From Bacteroidia bacterium (GTDB lineage Bacteria; Bacteroidota; Bacteroidia; NS11-12g; UBA9320), in contig CBDCFW010000003.1 in the NCBI GenBank assembly GCA_965216465.1, positions 1-64,000 of the forward strand: DNA of 64,000 bases, written 5' to 3'. The notes beneath the pieces were generated by a model that searched no databases, was not told where the DNA came from, and worked only from the letters and a program-made list of their open reading frames with translations. The position numbers and the translations under genes are program-made. How positions within the stretch are numbered: the stretch's first letter is position 1; each line of letters begins with the position of its first letter. Positions 30,362 to 41,176 of this stretch are shown here, one piece after another.

Positions 30362-31597
30362 TTGGCAAATTTGCAATTAGAAACTAAGGTGGTGGTTATA
30401 GGTGCAGGTCCTGCGGGAAGCAGTGCATCACTTTATCTGTCTAAATTTAATATTCCGCACGTTGTAGTCGACAAGGCTACATTCCCGAGAGACAAGATTT
30501 GTGGAGACGCTCTCAGCGGAAAAGTAGTAAATCAACTTAAGAAACTCGATCCAAGTTGGATCAGTGAACTCAAAGCTTCTGATCAAGAATTTACGCCAAG
30601 CTGGGGCGTTGTTTTCTCAGCTCCTGATGGAAATGAAGTTGCAATTCCGTTCAAACATAAGCCCGATGAAGCTAGTCATAGTCCTGGGTTCATTTCTAAA
30701 AGAATAGATTTTGATAATTTTTTATTTCAAAAATTAGCATCTCCTAAAGCTACAATTTTGCAAGGAGAAAGTGTTAGAGATGTTGAAATTGAAGCAGAGG
30801 GTGTTAAGGTAATTACAGAAAAGCACACCATATCAGCTGACGTAGTAATTGCATCGGATGGAACCAATTCTCTCGTATCAAAGAAATTCTTAAACTATCA
30901 ATTGGAGCGTCAGCATCATTGTGCGGGATTAAGAGCTTATTATGATGGTGTAACTGAATTGAATGAAGAAGGTTTTATAGAGTTACACTTTGTAAAAGAG
31001 TCATTGCCAGGATATTTCTGGATTTTTCCCTTACCAAATGGACAAGCCAATGTGGGTATTGGCATGCTAAGCAAGTATGTGAGTAAGAACAAGGTAAACT
31101 TGAAGAAACTCATGCAGGAGGTGATTGAAAGTGACAAATTTAAACAGCGCTTTGCAAATGCTGAATTGCTGGGAGGCATCCAAGGTTGGGGTCTTCCATT
31201 GGGGTCAAAGCAACGACCGATTAGTGGAACGCGTTTTATGGTTGCCGGAGATGCCGCTTCTTTAATTGATCCATTTACGGGTGAAGGAATAGGAAATGCG
31301 ATGTTTAGTGGAAAATGGGCTGCAGAACAAGCTCAAAAAGCATTAGAGCACTCAAACTTCAGTGGCTCCTTCCTAAAGGAGTATGATAAAACGGTCTACA
31401 AAAAACTTGGTAGCGAGTTGAAGGTTAGTACAGTCATGCAAAAGTTAATCAAATACCCGTGGTTATTCAACTGGATGATTCGTAAGATCAAACGAAATCA
31501 AGAGCTTCGACAAACCATTACGTTTATGTTCGATGATGTGGACTTGAGGAAGAAGTTTAGTAATCCGTTGTTCTATTTACGAATTCTATTCAGGTAG
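30362..31597 (+). CDS. Geranylgeranyl reductase family FAD oxidoreductase
   Basis: GAGPAG, FPRDKICGD, GYFWIFP, GDAASLIDPFTGEGI. Confidence 0.85.
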   Translation: MANLQLETKVVVIGAGPAGSSASLYLSKFNIPHVVVDKATFPRDKICGDALSGKVVNQLKKLDPSWISELKASDQEFTPSWGVVFSAPDGNEVAIPFKHKPDEASHSPGFISKRIDFDNFLFQKLASPKATILQGESVRDVEIEAEGVKVITEKHTISADVVIASDGTNSLVSKKFLNYQLERQHHCAGLRAYYDGVTELNEEGFIELHFVKESLPGYFWIFPLPNGQANVGIGMLSKYVSKNKVNLKKLMQEVIESDKFKQRFANAELLGGIQGWGLPLGSKQRPISGTRFMVAGDAASLIDPFTGEGIGNAMFSGKWAAEQAQKALEHSNFSGSFLKEYDKTVYKKLGSELKVSTVMQKLIKYPWLFNWMIRKIKRNQELRQTITFMFDDVDLRKKFSNPLFYLRILFR

Positions 31598-31714
31598 GTG
31601 ATATTTTCTGTTAAACAGGCATTTAAAATGTTCTTCCATCTTGACGTCCAGATTCTGCAAGAATCGAGAATCACATGAAATTAACACGAAGAAAGGATAG
31701 AGAAAGTATGTTCG

Positions 31715-32047
31715 CTAAAAGTTCAAGGTCCTGCCTTTAGTTAGCAATTCTTTTGCCTCTTTCCAGCTAGGAATTTTGTCAGATTCGTAGGAGTAGAGGT
31801 GAATCTCCTTGGCTATATCCTTGCTCATCCTCATAGCTTCAAGGTGAGCTCCAGACGTGGCAAACTTTTTCATTGAATCTTCTGAATTCCAAGCCGATAT
31901 GGTGTAATGGGTGGTCCAGAAACCGCGACTCTTATACTTAATACAATCAGATTTTTTGAGCTGTTTCACGATATACATTGCTCTTCGCGATAAAGCGAAA
32001 AACTTAAGTGGCCCTTTAAGCTCAATCGATGTAACAGATATGATCAT
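31715..32047 (-). CDS. DUF3291/ABM-like small protein
   Basis: TISAW...M..F...GAH.EAM pattern. Confidence 0.6.
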   Translation of the reverse strand: MIISVTSIELKGPLKFFALSRRAMYIVKQLKKSDCIKYKSRGFWTTHYTISAWNSEDSMKKFATSGAHLEAMRMSKDIAKEIHLYSYESDKIPSWKEAKELLTKGRTLNF

Positions 32048-32451
32048 TAGTCTTCGGGAGGTACTTCAATGTTCAATTGGTTAATAACAACAAGCGGTCC
32101 TCCGCAATACGAATTGTGGCAGCTTCTGCACGCGTCTATTGAAGCGTTGTAGTAATAAAGTTGAGAGTCTCCTCTTTCAATGCCTTTAAGGGCACTCAAA
32201 TAGGGATTGGTTAGCGATTGAAACACATCTTCTTTGTGCTCGTCTCGCGTAGCTTCTTTGTGCTTCAGGTCCCAAAACGAAGCAGGAATACTGTCTATAG
32301 TCTCTCCGTTTTCTAATTTCGTTTTCGCTTCCTTACTGAAATTTTCCATATCGCGCATCAAAATTGATAATTCCGATGGGTCATACATGTCCGCATTTTG
32401 GGAACATGCAAACGCAGATACAGCAATTAGAAAAACAATTAGATATTTCAT
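32047..32451 (-). CDS. Mono-heme cytochrome c-like lipoprotein
   Basis: Lipobox AFAC; C-terminal CRSCH. Confidence 0.65.
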   Translation of the reverse strand: MKYLIVFLIAVSAFACSQNADMYDPSELSILMRDMENFSKEAKTKLENGETIDSIPASFWDLKHKEATRDEHKEDVFQSLTNPYLSALKGIERGDSQLYYYNASIDACRSCHNSYCGGPLVVINQLNIEVPPED

Positions 32452-32894
32452 TTGATAACTACTCCGTTAGCAGTAAAGCTTAGCTTAACTAGTGGGTCGG
32501 TAATCGCAGCAATTTCTTCTTCAGTTTGCTCAGCGTCTCTAGCATATTCTTGCTGTTCAGCAACTGACAAAGTATCAACGTAGGCCCAACCCTGCATTGT
32601 AGCATTATAGCCAGCACTGTTCATGGGAACAAAGAATCCGTAGTCTTTAAACTTAACAATCATATCTTGACCACCGGCATCCATGCTCATCCAACATCCT
32701 TTTGCTTGACATGCTGCTTTGATTTCACCATTAACAGTTGCAAAAACTGAATCTTTACCTTGGAGTTGTCCAACAAGATCAGCCGCAGTGATGCTTTCAG
32801 TTTCGGTCCAAGAAGTGTCACCATAATCGCCAGCCACAGAAGAACATCCAAAGCCGAAGATTACTAAAACAAGAAGGTATAGTGTATTTTTCAT
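32448..32894 (-). CDS. DUF4920-family lipoprotein
   Basis: CQAKGCWM...VKFKDYGFFVP. Confidence 0.8.
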   Translation of the reverse strand: MKNTLYLLVLVIFGFGCSSVAGDYGDTSWTETESITAADLVGQLQGKDSVFATVNGEIKAACQAKGCWMSMDAGGQDMIVKFKDYGFFVPMNSAGYNATMQGWAYVDTLSVAEQQEYARDAEQTEEEIAAITDPLVKLSFTANGVVIK

Positions 32895-32900
32895 GTGTAT

Positions 32901-33503
32901 TTATACAGATTTATATGATTGCAAATTTACCTTTTCTTGGCAGAATTGGTATTCAATTTCTTGATTTGAGGCAACAATAACCATGTCGTTTTGCCAATAC
33001 TTTTCTATCATGGCATTGTACCATACCGAATTGGCGTTATCAAAGTTTGTGCAAGGTTCGTCAAGAAGAAGGGCAGAAGTATTAGTGAACAACGCTAGGC
33101 TTAACTTAACCTTGTTCTTCAACCCAGACGAAAGGTTGCTGTATTTCTTATTCAAGAAATTGCTGAGGTTTGCCTCTTTTACTTGCTCAGAAATTGGTAT
33201 TCGAGGTTGTTTAAACTTAAAGTGGAGCTGAAATAACTCTTCTACAGTGAAATCATCTAAAAGGTGCATTTCAGGGCTGCAAAAACTGATCGCAGCTTCG
33301 CTAGTGGTTTCAGGAGAGAATGAAATTTGTCCTTTAGTCGGAGCTAGAACACCACCAATGATCTTTAATAAAGTACTCTTTCCAGATGAATTCGGTCCGA
33401 GTAATGCGTACTTTTTAGGGTGTTCAAATGTGAAATCAAAGTCTTTGAATAAAACTTCTTGATTAAACCGTTTGGCAACTCCTTTGCACGCTATGGTTTT
33501 CAT
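32901..33503 (-). CDS. ABC transporter ATP-binding protein
   Basis: GPNSSGKST, LSSG, LLLDEP. Confidence 0.85.
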   Translation of the reverse strand: MKTIACKGVAKRFNQEVLFKDFDFTFEHPKKYALLGPNSSGKSTLLKIIGGVLAPTKGQISFSPETTSEAAISFCSPEMHLLDDFTVEELFQLHFKFKQPRIPISEQVKEANLSNFLNKKYSNLSSGLKNKVKLSLALFTNTSALLLDEPCTNFDNANSVWYNAMIEKYWQNDMVIVASNQEIEYQFCQEKVNLQSYKSV

Positions 33504-34285
33504 TACCGTGATAGGTATCCTTTCATAACACCTCTATCAGAAGCACGAATGAAGCTGATAATTTCATCACGCTCTTGCGTTGCAGGCATTTCGGTTTCAA
33601 TTTTGGCCAACGCCTTAGCATTGTTCAATCCACGTAGATACATGTTTCTATAGATCTCCTGAATTTCTGCAATTTTTTCGGAAGAGAATCCTCTTCTTCT
33701 CAGACCTATACTGTTTACACCTTCATAACTCAATGGCTCACGAGCTGCTTTAGTATATGGTGGAACATCTTTACGAACCAAAGATCCTCCAGATATCATC
33801 ACGTGCGATCCAATCTTAACAAACTGGTGTACAGCACTTAAACCACCTAAAATTGCGTGGTCTCCGACAACTACATGACCTGCTAATTGAACGGCGTTAG
33901 CCAGAATCACATTATCTCCAAGTACACAATCATGTGCAATATGAGCGTAGGCCATAATTAAACAGTTGTTGCCAACTTTAGTTGTACCTCTATCACTAGT
34001 ACCTCTGTTTATAGTTACACATTCACGTATGGTAACGTTATCTCCAATTTCAACTAAACTTTTTTCTCCGTCAAATTTTAAATCTTGAGGAATCGCAGAA
34101 ATTACAGCTCCAGGAAAAATTCGACAATTCTTGCCAATTCGAGCTCCTTCCATAATAGTAACATTGGACCCAATCCAAGTTCCTTCTCCAATTTCTACAT
34201 CTTTATGAATCGTAACAAAAGGCTCAATTACTACATTATCAGCAATTTTTGCCCCGGGGTTAACATATGCTAAGGGTTGAATCAT
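33503..34285 (-). CDS. lpxA: UDP-GlcNAc O-acyltransferase
   Basis: Hexapeptide repeats, PQDLKF, HIAHDC, HQF, GLRRRGF. Confidence 0.95.
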   Translation of the reverse strand: MIQPLAYVNPGAKIADNVVIEPFVTIHKDVEIGEGTWIGSNVTIMEGARIGKNCRIFPGAVISAIPQDLKFDGEKSLVEIGDNVTIRECVTINRGTSDRGTTKVGNNCLIMAYAHIAHDCVLGDNVILANAVQLAGHVVVGDHAILGGLSAVHQFVKIGSHVMISGGSLVRKDVPPYTKAAREPLSYEGVNSIGLRRRGFSSEKIAEIQEIYRNMYLRGLNNAKALAKIETEMPATQERDEIISFIRASDRGVMKGYLSR

Positions 34286-34286
34286 T

Positions 34287-35690
34287 TTATTTGTTTTCTA
34301 CTATTTGGGCCATCATTAAAGCTTCACAAACCATTTTATTTCCTACGAAAGCTTCTCCTTTCATCATGCAAAGACCGCGTCGTACAGGGGCAGTAAGTGC
34401 CATTCTTATAATTAGTGTATCGCCAGGTACAACTTTATCCTTAAACTTGGCATTTTCAATTTTTACAAAGTACGTACTCCATTTTTCAGGATTCTCTTTG
34501 TCGTTAAGAACCAAAACACCACCAGCTTGAGCCATTGCTTCAAGTTGAAGAACACCTGGCATGATGGGCTCTTCTGGGAAATGCCCTTGGAAAAAGTATT
34601 GGTCTCCTGTAATATTTTTAATCGCCACCACTTCATTGTCGGTAAGCTTTACCACTTTGTCAACCAATAAAAATGGATGCTTATGTGGTAAGATTTTAGC
34701 TATTTCTTGGTGGTTGTAAAGTGGAGTTGTATTTGGGTCGTAAGCTGGAATGTTTGCTCCTAACTTCGCTTCTTTTTTAGATTTTTCGTATGCACGCTTA
34801 ATCAATTTCGCAAATTCTACATTTGCTTTGTGTCCTGGTCGAGCTGCCATTACCTGAGCTCGAATTGGCACACCTGCCAAAGCAAGATCACCAACCATAT
34901 CAAGCAATTTGTGACGTGCTGGCTCATTTTGGAATCGAAGTTCTACGTTGTTAAGAATTCCTTCTTTTCTAACTTCAACTTTGTCTTTGTTAAAGAGCTT
35001 AGCAAGTTTATCCATCTCCTCATCTTCAATCTTTCTATCTACAATTACGATGGCATTGTTAAGGTCTCCACCTTTAATTAAATCGTTGTCAAGAAGCATT
35101 TCTAATTCATGTAGGAAGCAGAATGTTCTACAGCTTGAAATTTCTTCTGTAAACTCTCCAAGGTTTACTATCGAGGCATGTTGAGACCCAAGGACAGGAG
35201 AATTATAGTCAACCATTACGGTTAAGCGATAATCGTCTGCAGGAAGAGCCATCATTTCAACACCTTCGCCATCTGAGTAGTTAATTCTGCTTGGAATTTC
35301 GAAGTATTCGCGCTCTTTCTTTTGCTCTTGAATACCTGTTGATTTAAGTAGGTCGATAAACGGTTTAGAACTACCATCCATGATTGGCGTTTCTGGTCCG
35401 TTTAGCTTAATCAATACATTATCGATTTCAAGTCCAGCCAAAGCGGCGAGCACGTGCTCTACGGTATTTACCCGAGCACCATTGTCTTCAATGGTTGTAC
35501 CTCTTGAAGTGTCAACAACCAAGTCGCAGTCGGCTTTTACCTTTGGTTGACCTTCGATGTCTACACGTTGAAACACATATCCATGATCTTCAGGAGCAGG
35601 TTCAAACGTCAGTGTAACTTCCATTCCGGTGTGTAGTCCAACACCAGAAATGCTTACTTCACTTTTAATTGTGGTTTGGAGCTTATCCAT
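34287..35690 (-). CDS. lpxC: Bifunctional LpxC/FabZ
   Basis: GVGLHTG, TVEHVLAA, HKLLD; C-terminal LPH..PFLLVD, GHFP..PIMPGV. Confidence 0.95.
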   Translation of the reverse strand: MDKLQTTIKSEVSISGVGLHTGMEVTLTFEPAPEDHGYVFQRVDIEGQPKVKADCDLVVDTSRGTTIEDNGARVNTVEHVLAALAGLEIDNVLIKLNGPETPIMDGSSKPFIDLLKSTGIQEQKKEREYFEIPSRINYSDGEGVEMMALPADDYRLTVMVDYNSPVLGSQHASIVNLGEFTEEISSCRTFCFLHELEMLLDNDLIKGGDLNNAIVIVDRKIEDEEMDKLAKLFNKDKVEVRKEGILNNVELRFQNEPARHKLLDMVGDLALAGVPIRAQVMAARPGHKANVEFAKLIKRAYEKSKKEAKLGANIPAYDPNTTPLYNHQEIAKILPHKHPFLLVDKVVKLTDNEVVAIKNITGDQYFFQGHFPEEPIMPGVLQLEAMAQAGGVLVLNDKENPEKWSTYFVKIENAKFKDKVVPGDTLIIRMALTAPVRRGLCMMKGEAFVGNKMVCEALMMAQIVENK

Positions 35691-36723
35691 TTACAGATTT
35701 ATTTTCTTTTGTTATTTCTTCTAGATTTCGAACTCTTTTTTCAAGCTCAGGTAAGTTTCTATAGACCACCTGTGCCTTTAGCGAATCTTTTACAGGCATA
35801 TGAGGTGTTCCTGTTATTTTTAGGCCTTCTTCCTTAATGTTATTTGAAATTCCGCTCTGTGCACCGATTTGTGTTTTATTGGCAATAGTTACATGGCCTA
35901 CAATACCAGCTTGTCCTGCAATTACACAATTTTCACCAACTTTAGTACTTCCTGCTATGGCTACTTGTCCGGCAATTACAGAGTTTTTACCTATTTCAAC
36001 ACCATGAGCAATTTGAATCAGATTATCCAATCGACATCCGTCGTGAATAATAGTGCTTCCCATGTTTGCACGATCAATGCTACAATTTGACCCGATTTCT
36101 ACTTCGTTACCCACTACAACATTTCCTATTTGAGGAATCTTAATGTAAGTTCCATTGGGTAGCGGGGCGTGACCGAAGCCATCCGAACCAATTACAGTTC
36201 CACTATGAATAAGGCAATCGTTACCAATTTTAGTGTTGTAGTATATTGAAACATTGGAGTGTATTGTTGTATTTGAACCTATCTCAGAGTTTTCATAAAT
36301 ACAGGTATTAGCGAAAACCTTTGAATTGTCACCTAAGGTCACATGGTTTCCTATATAGGCATGTGCACCGATATGACAATTCTCTCCAATTTTAGCAGTT
36401 GGTTCTATTACCGCAGTTGGATGAATTCCAGCGTTTGGATCTTTGTAATCAAAAAACTGAATCAGCATCTGACAAAATGCAACATATGGGTGGTCGCAAC
36501 GTATTGCCGTTACATCTTCTGGAATCGGATTTATTTCTTTGCTTACTAAAACAATTCCAGCTTTAGTCGTCTGAAGAAAATTCTGATACTTTTTGTTAGA
36601 GATAAAGCATAAATGGTGGGGGAGAGCTTCTTCAATTTTAGCCACCGAAGTAACTTCAATAGACTCGTCTCCTACAACTGTACCATTTATAAGTTCTGCT
36701 ATTTTAGCTGCGGTAAGTTTCAA
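35683..36723 (-). CDS. lpxD: UDP-3-O-acylglucosamine N-acyltransferase
   Basis: IGSDGFG, IPQIG.V, DNLIQIAH; hexapeptide repeats. Confidence 0.95.
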   Translation of the reverse strand: MKLTAAKIAELINGTVVGDESIEVTSVAKIEEALPHHLCFISNKKYQNFLQTTKAGIVLVSKEINPIPEDVTAIRCDHPYVAFCQMLIQFFDYKDPNAGIHPTAVIEPTAKIGENCHIGAHAYIGNHVTLGDNSKVFANTCIYENSEIGSNTTIHSNVSIYYNTKIGNDCLIHSGTVIGSDGFGHAPLPNGTYIKIPQIGNVVVGNEVEIGSNCSIDRANMGSTIIHDGCRLDNLIQIAHGVEIGKNSVIAGQVAIAGSTKVGENCVIAGQAGIVGHVTIANKTQIGAQSGISNNIKEEGLKITGTPHMPVKDSLKAQVVYRNLPELEKRVRNLEEITKENKSVNG

Positions 36724-36740
36724 TAGGCGGCAAAATTAAG

Positions 36741-37952
36741 CTATTTAGGATAGCTAATAAAATATTTAATTTGAGGCTTGCTTTCCTTTGACAGATTATA
36801 AATTTCAGAGGTATCAGCAAGGTCTTTTAAACTTCCATTCTTCATATTAATCTTTAGAGGGTCACCCGTAGAGGTATAGGTGCTGTTGGATAACTTTCCT
36901 GTAACCACAAAGTGCTGAGCGCCAGTGCTATCTATTTCAAAAGCCTCCATAACACGCTCAGTTTTTTCAGAAACTACTGATTCTGAGAAAGGCTCATCCG
37001 CTATAATGATTTTAGGTAGATTTCGATTGATTAGCATGGTACAAAGCATAGATAAAGCCGCATCTTCGCTATGCTGCCATACTTTAATAGCACTGATAAT
37101 ATCGCTATCGTCTAAACTACAGAAATTTTCAAGCACTTGGTCGTTCATATCGGCTCGTGTAAAGTTTTGCTCTAAAAAGTATTGTAAAAAGGGACTAGCA
37201 AACAAGCTTTCACCATTTTGAACCAAGTACTTTGCTCGCTTAAGAATATTTAGCATTAATCGGTCAGCTGCTATTGATGCTTTATGAAGATATACTTGCC
37301 AGTACATAAATCGACGAGCAAGAAGAAATTTCTCTACCGAATAAATTCCTTTTTCATCCAATACCAACTCATCATCTTTAACATTAAGCATCTGAATAAT
37401 GCGTTCGATACCAACCATACCTTCTGATACTCCAGAGTAAAAGCTGTCTCGTCTTAAGTAATCCAATCTATCCATATCGAGTTGGCTTGATACCAGCTGA
37501 TGAAAAAACTTGCGGCCGTATTTATTTTCAAAAATTTCAATGGCCAAATTCAATCGACCATTCATCTTCTTGTTGATTTTGTGCATCAATACACTCGAAA
37601 GGTCTTCGTGATTAAGTCCGATAAATATGGAGTTCTCAAGACTATGTGAAAAAGGCCCATGTCCTATATCATGAAGCAAAATTGCCAGAAGAACTGCTTC
37701 TTCTTCGGCTAAACTAATTTCAATGTCTTTTGACCTCAACGTCTCAACAGCAGTTTGCATCAGGTGCATGGCACCAATGGCATGATGAAATCGTGTGTGA
37801 AGAGCCCCAGGATACACCAAATGGGCAAGCCCCAGTTGCTTAATTCGTCTCAGTCGTTGAAACTCCGGAAGTTGGATACAATCAAATATGATGTCGTGAT
37901 GTATGGTGATGAAACCATAGATCGGATCGTTTATAATTTTCTTTTTATTCAA
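36741..37952 (-). CDS. HD-domain phosphohydrolase (dNTPase-like)
   Basis: QRLRRIKQLG, HTRFHH, LLHDIGHGPFSH, DMDRLDYL. Confidence 0.9.
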   Translation of the reverse strand: MNKKKIINDPIYGFITIHHDIIFDCIQLPEFQRLRRIKQLGLAHLVYPGALHTRFHHAIGAMHLMQTAVETLRSKDIEISLAEEEAVLLAILLHDIGHGPFSHSLENSIFIGLNHEDLSSVLMHKINKKMNGRLNLAIEIFENKYGRKFFHQLVSSQLDMDRLDYLRRDSFYSGVSEGMVGIERIIQMLNVKDDELVLDEKGIYSVEKFLLARRFMYWQVYLHKASIAADRLMLNILKRAKYLVQNGESLFASPFLQYFLEQNFTRADMNDQVLENFCSLDDSDIISAIKVWQHSEDAALSMLCTMLINRNLPKIIIADEPFSESVVSEKTERVMEAFEIDSTGAQHFVVTGKLSNSTYTSTGDPLKINMKNGSLKDLADTSEIYNLSKESKPQIKYFISYPK

Positions 37953-38067
37953 AGATGAAATAAAATGTTGTTTTAAGAGTTGAATTATATGTGATTTGCA
38001 AATAATAGTTCAACACGTTAAACCGCAAAGTTTAAAGAAATAAATTGAATTTACGAGAACAGAATAT

Positions 38068-39627
38068 ATGAATGAAATAAAAATATTATGGGCTGATGAT
38101 GAGATAGAACATCTCAAATCACACCTGTTTTTTTTAGAGGAGAAGGGGTATAAATTGAGCACGGTTACCAACGGTCTTGACGCCATCGAGCGGGTAAAAA
38201 AGGAACACTTTGATTTGGTATTCTTGGATGAAAACATGCCTGGAATTTCCGGACTAGAAGCTCTAAAAGCAATAAAAGAGATAGAAAGCAATACGCCTGT
38301 GGTGATGATTACCAAGAGCGAGGAAGAGCAAATTATGGAGGATGCCATAGGTTCAAAAATTGCCGACTACTTGATTAAACCGGTTAATCCAAGACAAATT
38401 TTGCTGACTATCAAGAAGTTAACCGATAACAAACGATTGGTTACAGAAAGTGTAACGCAGCGCTATCAACAAGATTTTAGAAATATAGGAATGGCTTTCA
38501 TGGATCATATCGATTGGTCACGATGGAAAGACCTTTACAAGAAGCTTGTTTATTGGGAAACAGAAATGGATAGCTCCAACGAAACTGGTATGGAGGAAAT
38601 TCTCAAAACCCAGAAGGCAGATGGCAATAGAGAATTCACCAAATACATAGAGAAGAACTACCTGAGCTTTATCCAATACAACAATTCGGACGAAGATGCA
38701 CCCATCATGTCGCACAATTTGATGGCCAAAGGAATTTTACCTCAAAAAGTACAGGGACAACCGTTCTTTTTATTGGTGCTCGATAATTTACGTTTTGACC
38801 AATGGAAGACCATTCAAAATGAGATCAGCAATTACTACAGAACAGTAAATGAGGATTTGTATTTAAGCATATTGCCAACAACTACTCAGTACGCTAGAAA
38901 TGCTATTTTTAGTGGATTGATGCCGATGGATATCGAAAAGAGATTTGGCAATAAGTGGAGCAACGATGAAGATGAAGGAGGGAAAAATAATCATGAGGAA
39001 TTCTTCTTAAACGACTTATTTAAACGTTTAAGAACGGGTTACGAGTCCAAATACCTAAAGGTTACCAATTTGAATAATGCTAAGAATATGGTAGAGCAAC
39101 TTCCTAATTTGATAAAAGAAGAATTTGTCACCATAGTATATAACTTCATCGATACGTTGTCTCATGCACGAACCGATTCTAAGATTATGAGAGAATTGGC
39201 AGAAGATGAGGCTGCATATCGAAAATTAACCTTGAGCTGGTTTCAACATTCACCACTTTTAGATGCAATTAAGTATTTAGCATCAAAGGGTATCAAGCTT
39301 GTGATAACTACCGATCATGGATCTGTTAGAGTGGATAATCCTGTTAAGATTGTTGGCGATAAGAATACCACAACAAACTTGAGGTATAAAACGGGCAAGC
39401 GTTTAAATTATAATGCTAAAGAAGTATTCGAGGTTGGTAAACCACATGAGGCCATGCTTCCACAGAATAATGTGAGCAGCAAGTTTGTATTTTGTAAGGA
39501 GAATGACTTCTTTGTTTATCCCAACAACTTAAATCACTATGCCAAGTATTATATGGATACCTTTCAACACGGAGGTATTTCAATGGAGGAGATGATAATC
39601 CCTCTGATTACCTTGGAAGCTAAGTAA
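38068..39627 (+). CDS. porX: Response regulator with PglZ domain (PorX)
   Basis: REC domain (WADDE, LDENMPG) plus PglZ (LPTTTQYARNAIF, TTDHG, QHGGIS); HD-porX-tsaE synteny. Confidence 0.9.
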   Translation: MNEIKILWADDEIEHLKSHLFFLEEKGYKLSTVTNGLDAIERVKKEHFDLVFLDENMPGISGLEALKAIKEIESNTPVVMITKSEEEQIMEDAIGSKIADYLIKPVNPRQILLTIKKLTDNKRLVTESVTQRYQQDFRNIGMAFMDHIDWSRWKDLYKKLVYWETEMDSSNETGMEEILKTQKADGNREFTKYIEKNYLSFIQYNNSDEDAPIMSHNLMAKGILPQKVQGQPFFLLVLDNLRFDQWKTIQNEISNYYRTVNEDLYLSILPTTTQYARNAIFSGLMPMDIEKRFGNKWSNDEDEGGKNNHEEFFLNDLFKRLRTGYESKYLKVTNLNNAKNMVEQLPNLIKEEFVTIVYNFIDTLSHARTDSKIMRELAEDEAAYRKLTLSWFQHSPLLDAIKYLASKGIKLVITTDHGSVRVDNPVKIVGDKNTTTNLRYKTGKRLNYNAKEVFEVGKPHEAMLPQNNVSSKFVFCKENDFFVYPNNLNHYAKYYMDTFQHGGISMEEMIIPLITLEAK

Positions 39628-40055
39628 TGCAAGAAAAGTTAATTATCTGCTCGCTTGAGGATCTCCGGAATGTTTCAGAGCTGGTTAGTGCTTTTATACA
39701 ATCTACAGGTCGTAATGTTGTGTTACTAAATGGTGATTTAGGAACTGGCAAAACGTCATTTGTAAAGGACTTTGTCAAGTTAAAAACTGGACTAGATCAA
39801 GCCGATAGCCCAACTTTTTCTTTGGTAAACGACTATGATTATAATCAAGGAATTATTCATCACTTTGATTTGTATCGAATTGATAGTCAGGAGGAAATCG
39901 AAGATATCGGATTTTGGGACTACATCGAATCGGGCAATCCTTGCTTTATTGAGTGGCCGGATAAAATTGCACACATATTGCCGGAGGAGAAACTATTAAA
40001 TATCTCGATTGAACTAAATTTGAACCAGTGCAGAGAATTTTCAGTCTCATATTAG
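39627..40055 (+). CDS. tsaE: tRNA threonylcarbamoyladenosine biosynthesis ATPase
   Basis: GDLGTGKT, SPTFSLVN.Y, HFDLYR, IEWP. Confidence 0.93.
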   Translation: MQEKLIICSLEDLRNVSELVSAFIQSTGRNVVLLNGDLGTGKTSFVKDFVKLKTGLDQADSPTFSLVNDYDYNQGIIHHFDLYRIDSQEEIEDIGFWDYIESGNPCFIEWPDKIAHILPEEKLLNISIELNLNQCREFSVSY

Positions 40056-41173
40056 CTGCTGGTTTTGGGTTAACATCATTTTCTCAGGTTTATCAAGATT
40101 CGCTTGCTGCAAAAGTGAACCAAGTAGATTCAGTTTTTGAGCAGGTTTTTGCGTACGAAAGCTTTGGGCCAAAGCCGATCGGAAGTGACTCTTTAGAACA
40201 GGTAAGAGCTTGGTTGACTGAGAAGTACACGCAGTATGGGTATACGGTAAGTTATGATACTTTCTCCCGTGGTCAGATAGAATGTTATAATGTAATAATT
40301 GAGAAAAAAGGTGATGATTCAACCAAGTGGGTGATAGTTGGTGCTCATTACGATTCGGTTGATGATGGGCCTGGAGCTAATGACAACGGAACAGGAGTTG
40401 TGGCAACGCTTCAGATTGCAAAAATTATCAAATCAATAAGCACAAAGCATAGTGTGCGAATTATCAATTTTTCTGCGGAAGAAACAGGGTTCAATGGAAG
40501 TTCACATTACGTATCAAATACGCTGGATACCACTGATAATGTGTTACTTATGATAAATCTTGATCAGCTTGGCGGAACGGCAAATGCAGATAATTCGAAA
40601 ATTGTTTGCGAACGAGACGAAGACGATAACCCCATTGAAAACAATCAAGCATCTCATTTGAGTACAGATACATTAGCACGATTAGTAGCTTTGTACACCG
40701 ACCTAACTCCAACGCTCGATAGAGCCTTTTCGAGTGATTATGTCCCATTTGAAAATGCGGGTTATGTAATTACAGGCTTGTATCAAGAGAGCGATTATCC
40801 ATTTTATCACACGGCAAATGATGTGACATCAAACATTGACATAGAAGCTACTACAGAAGTAATTAAAGGAGCAACAGCTGCGGTTTTACATTTCAGTGGA
40901 ATGAAAGGGCTGAGTTCAATCAAACCTGTTGCAAGAGCACAAGCCAAAATTTATCCCAATCCAACTTCCAATAGTTTTATGATAAAGACTGATCAGAACG
41001 AAGCTGTAATGATTGAGTACTACAATCAATTGGGTCAAATGGTGATGAGAAAGAAAGTAATTACAAATACTTCTATTTCTGTAACCGAACTGATGTGGGG
41101 GAGTTACACACTTCAAATTTCTGGATTGAACGATGAATATTTAACACGTGCAAGGCTTATTATTGCACCCTGA
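40028..41173 (+). CDS. M28 aminopeptidase with T9SS CTD
   Basis: GAHYDS, GANDNGTG, AEETG, SDY, YHT; YPNP CTD. Confidence 0.88.
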   Translation: MQRIFSLILAAGFGLTSFSQVYQDSLAAKVNQVDSVFEQVFAYESFGPKPIGSDSLEQVRAWLTEKYTQYGYTVSYDTFSRGQIECYNVIIEKKGDDSTKWVIVGAHYDSVDDGPGANDNGTGVVATLQIAKIIKSISTKHSVRIINFSAEETGFNGSSHYVSNTLDTTDNVLLMINLDQLGGTANADNSKIVCERDEDDNPIENNQASHLSTDTLARLVALYTDLTPTLDRAFSSDYVPFENAGYVITGLYQESDYPFYHTANDVTSNIDIEATTEVIKGATAAVLHFSGMKGLSSIKPVARAQAKIYPNPTSNSFMIKTDQNEAVMIEYYNQLGQMVMRKKVITNTSISVTELMWGSYTLQISGLNDEYLTRARLIIAP

Positions 41174-41176
41174 AAA

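Noticed and set aside
36741-40055. HD-PorX(PglZ)-TsaE cluster as a BREX-like defence system
   Set aside because: This is the standard conserved Bacteroidota porX locus; no other BREX genes are present.
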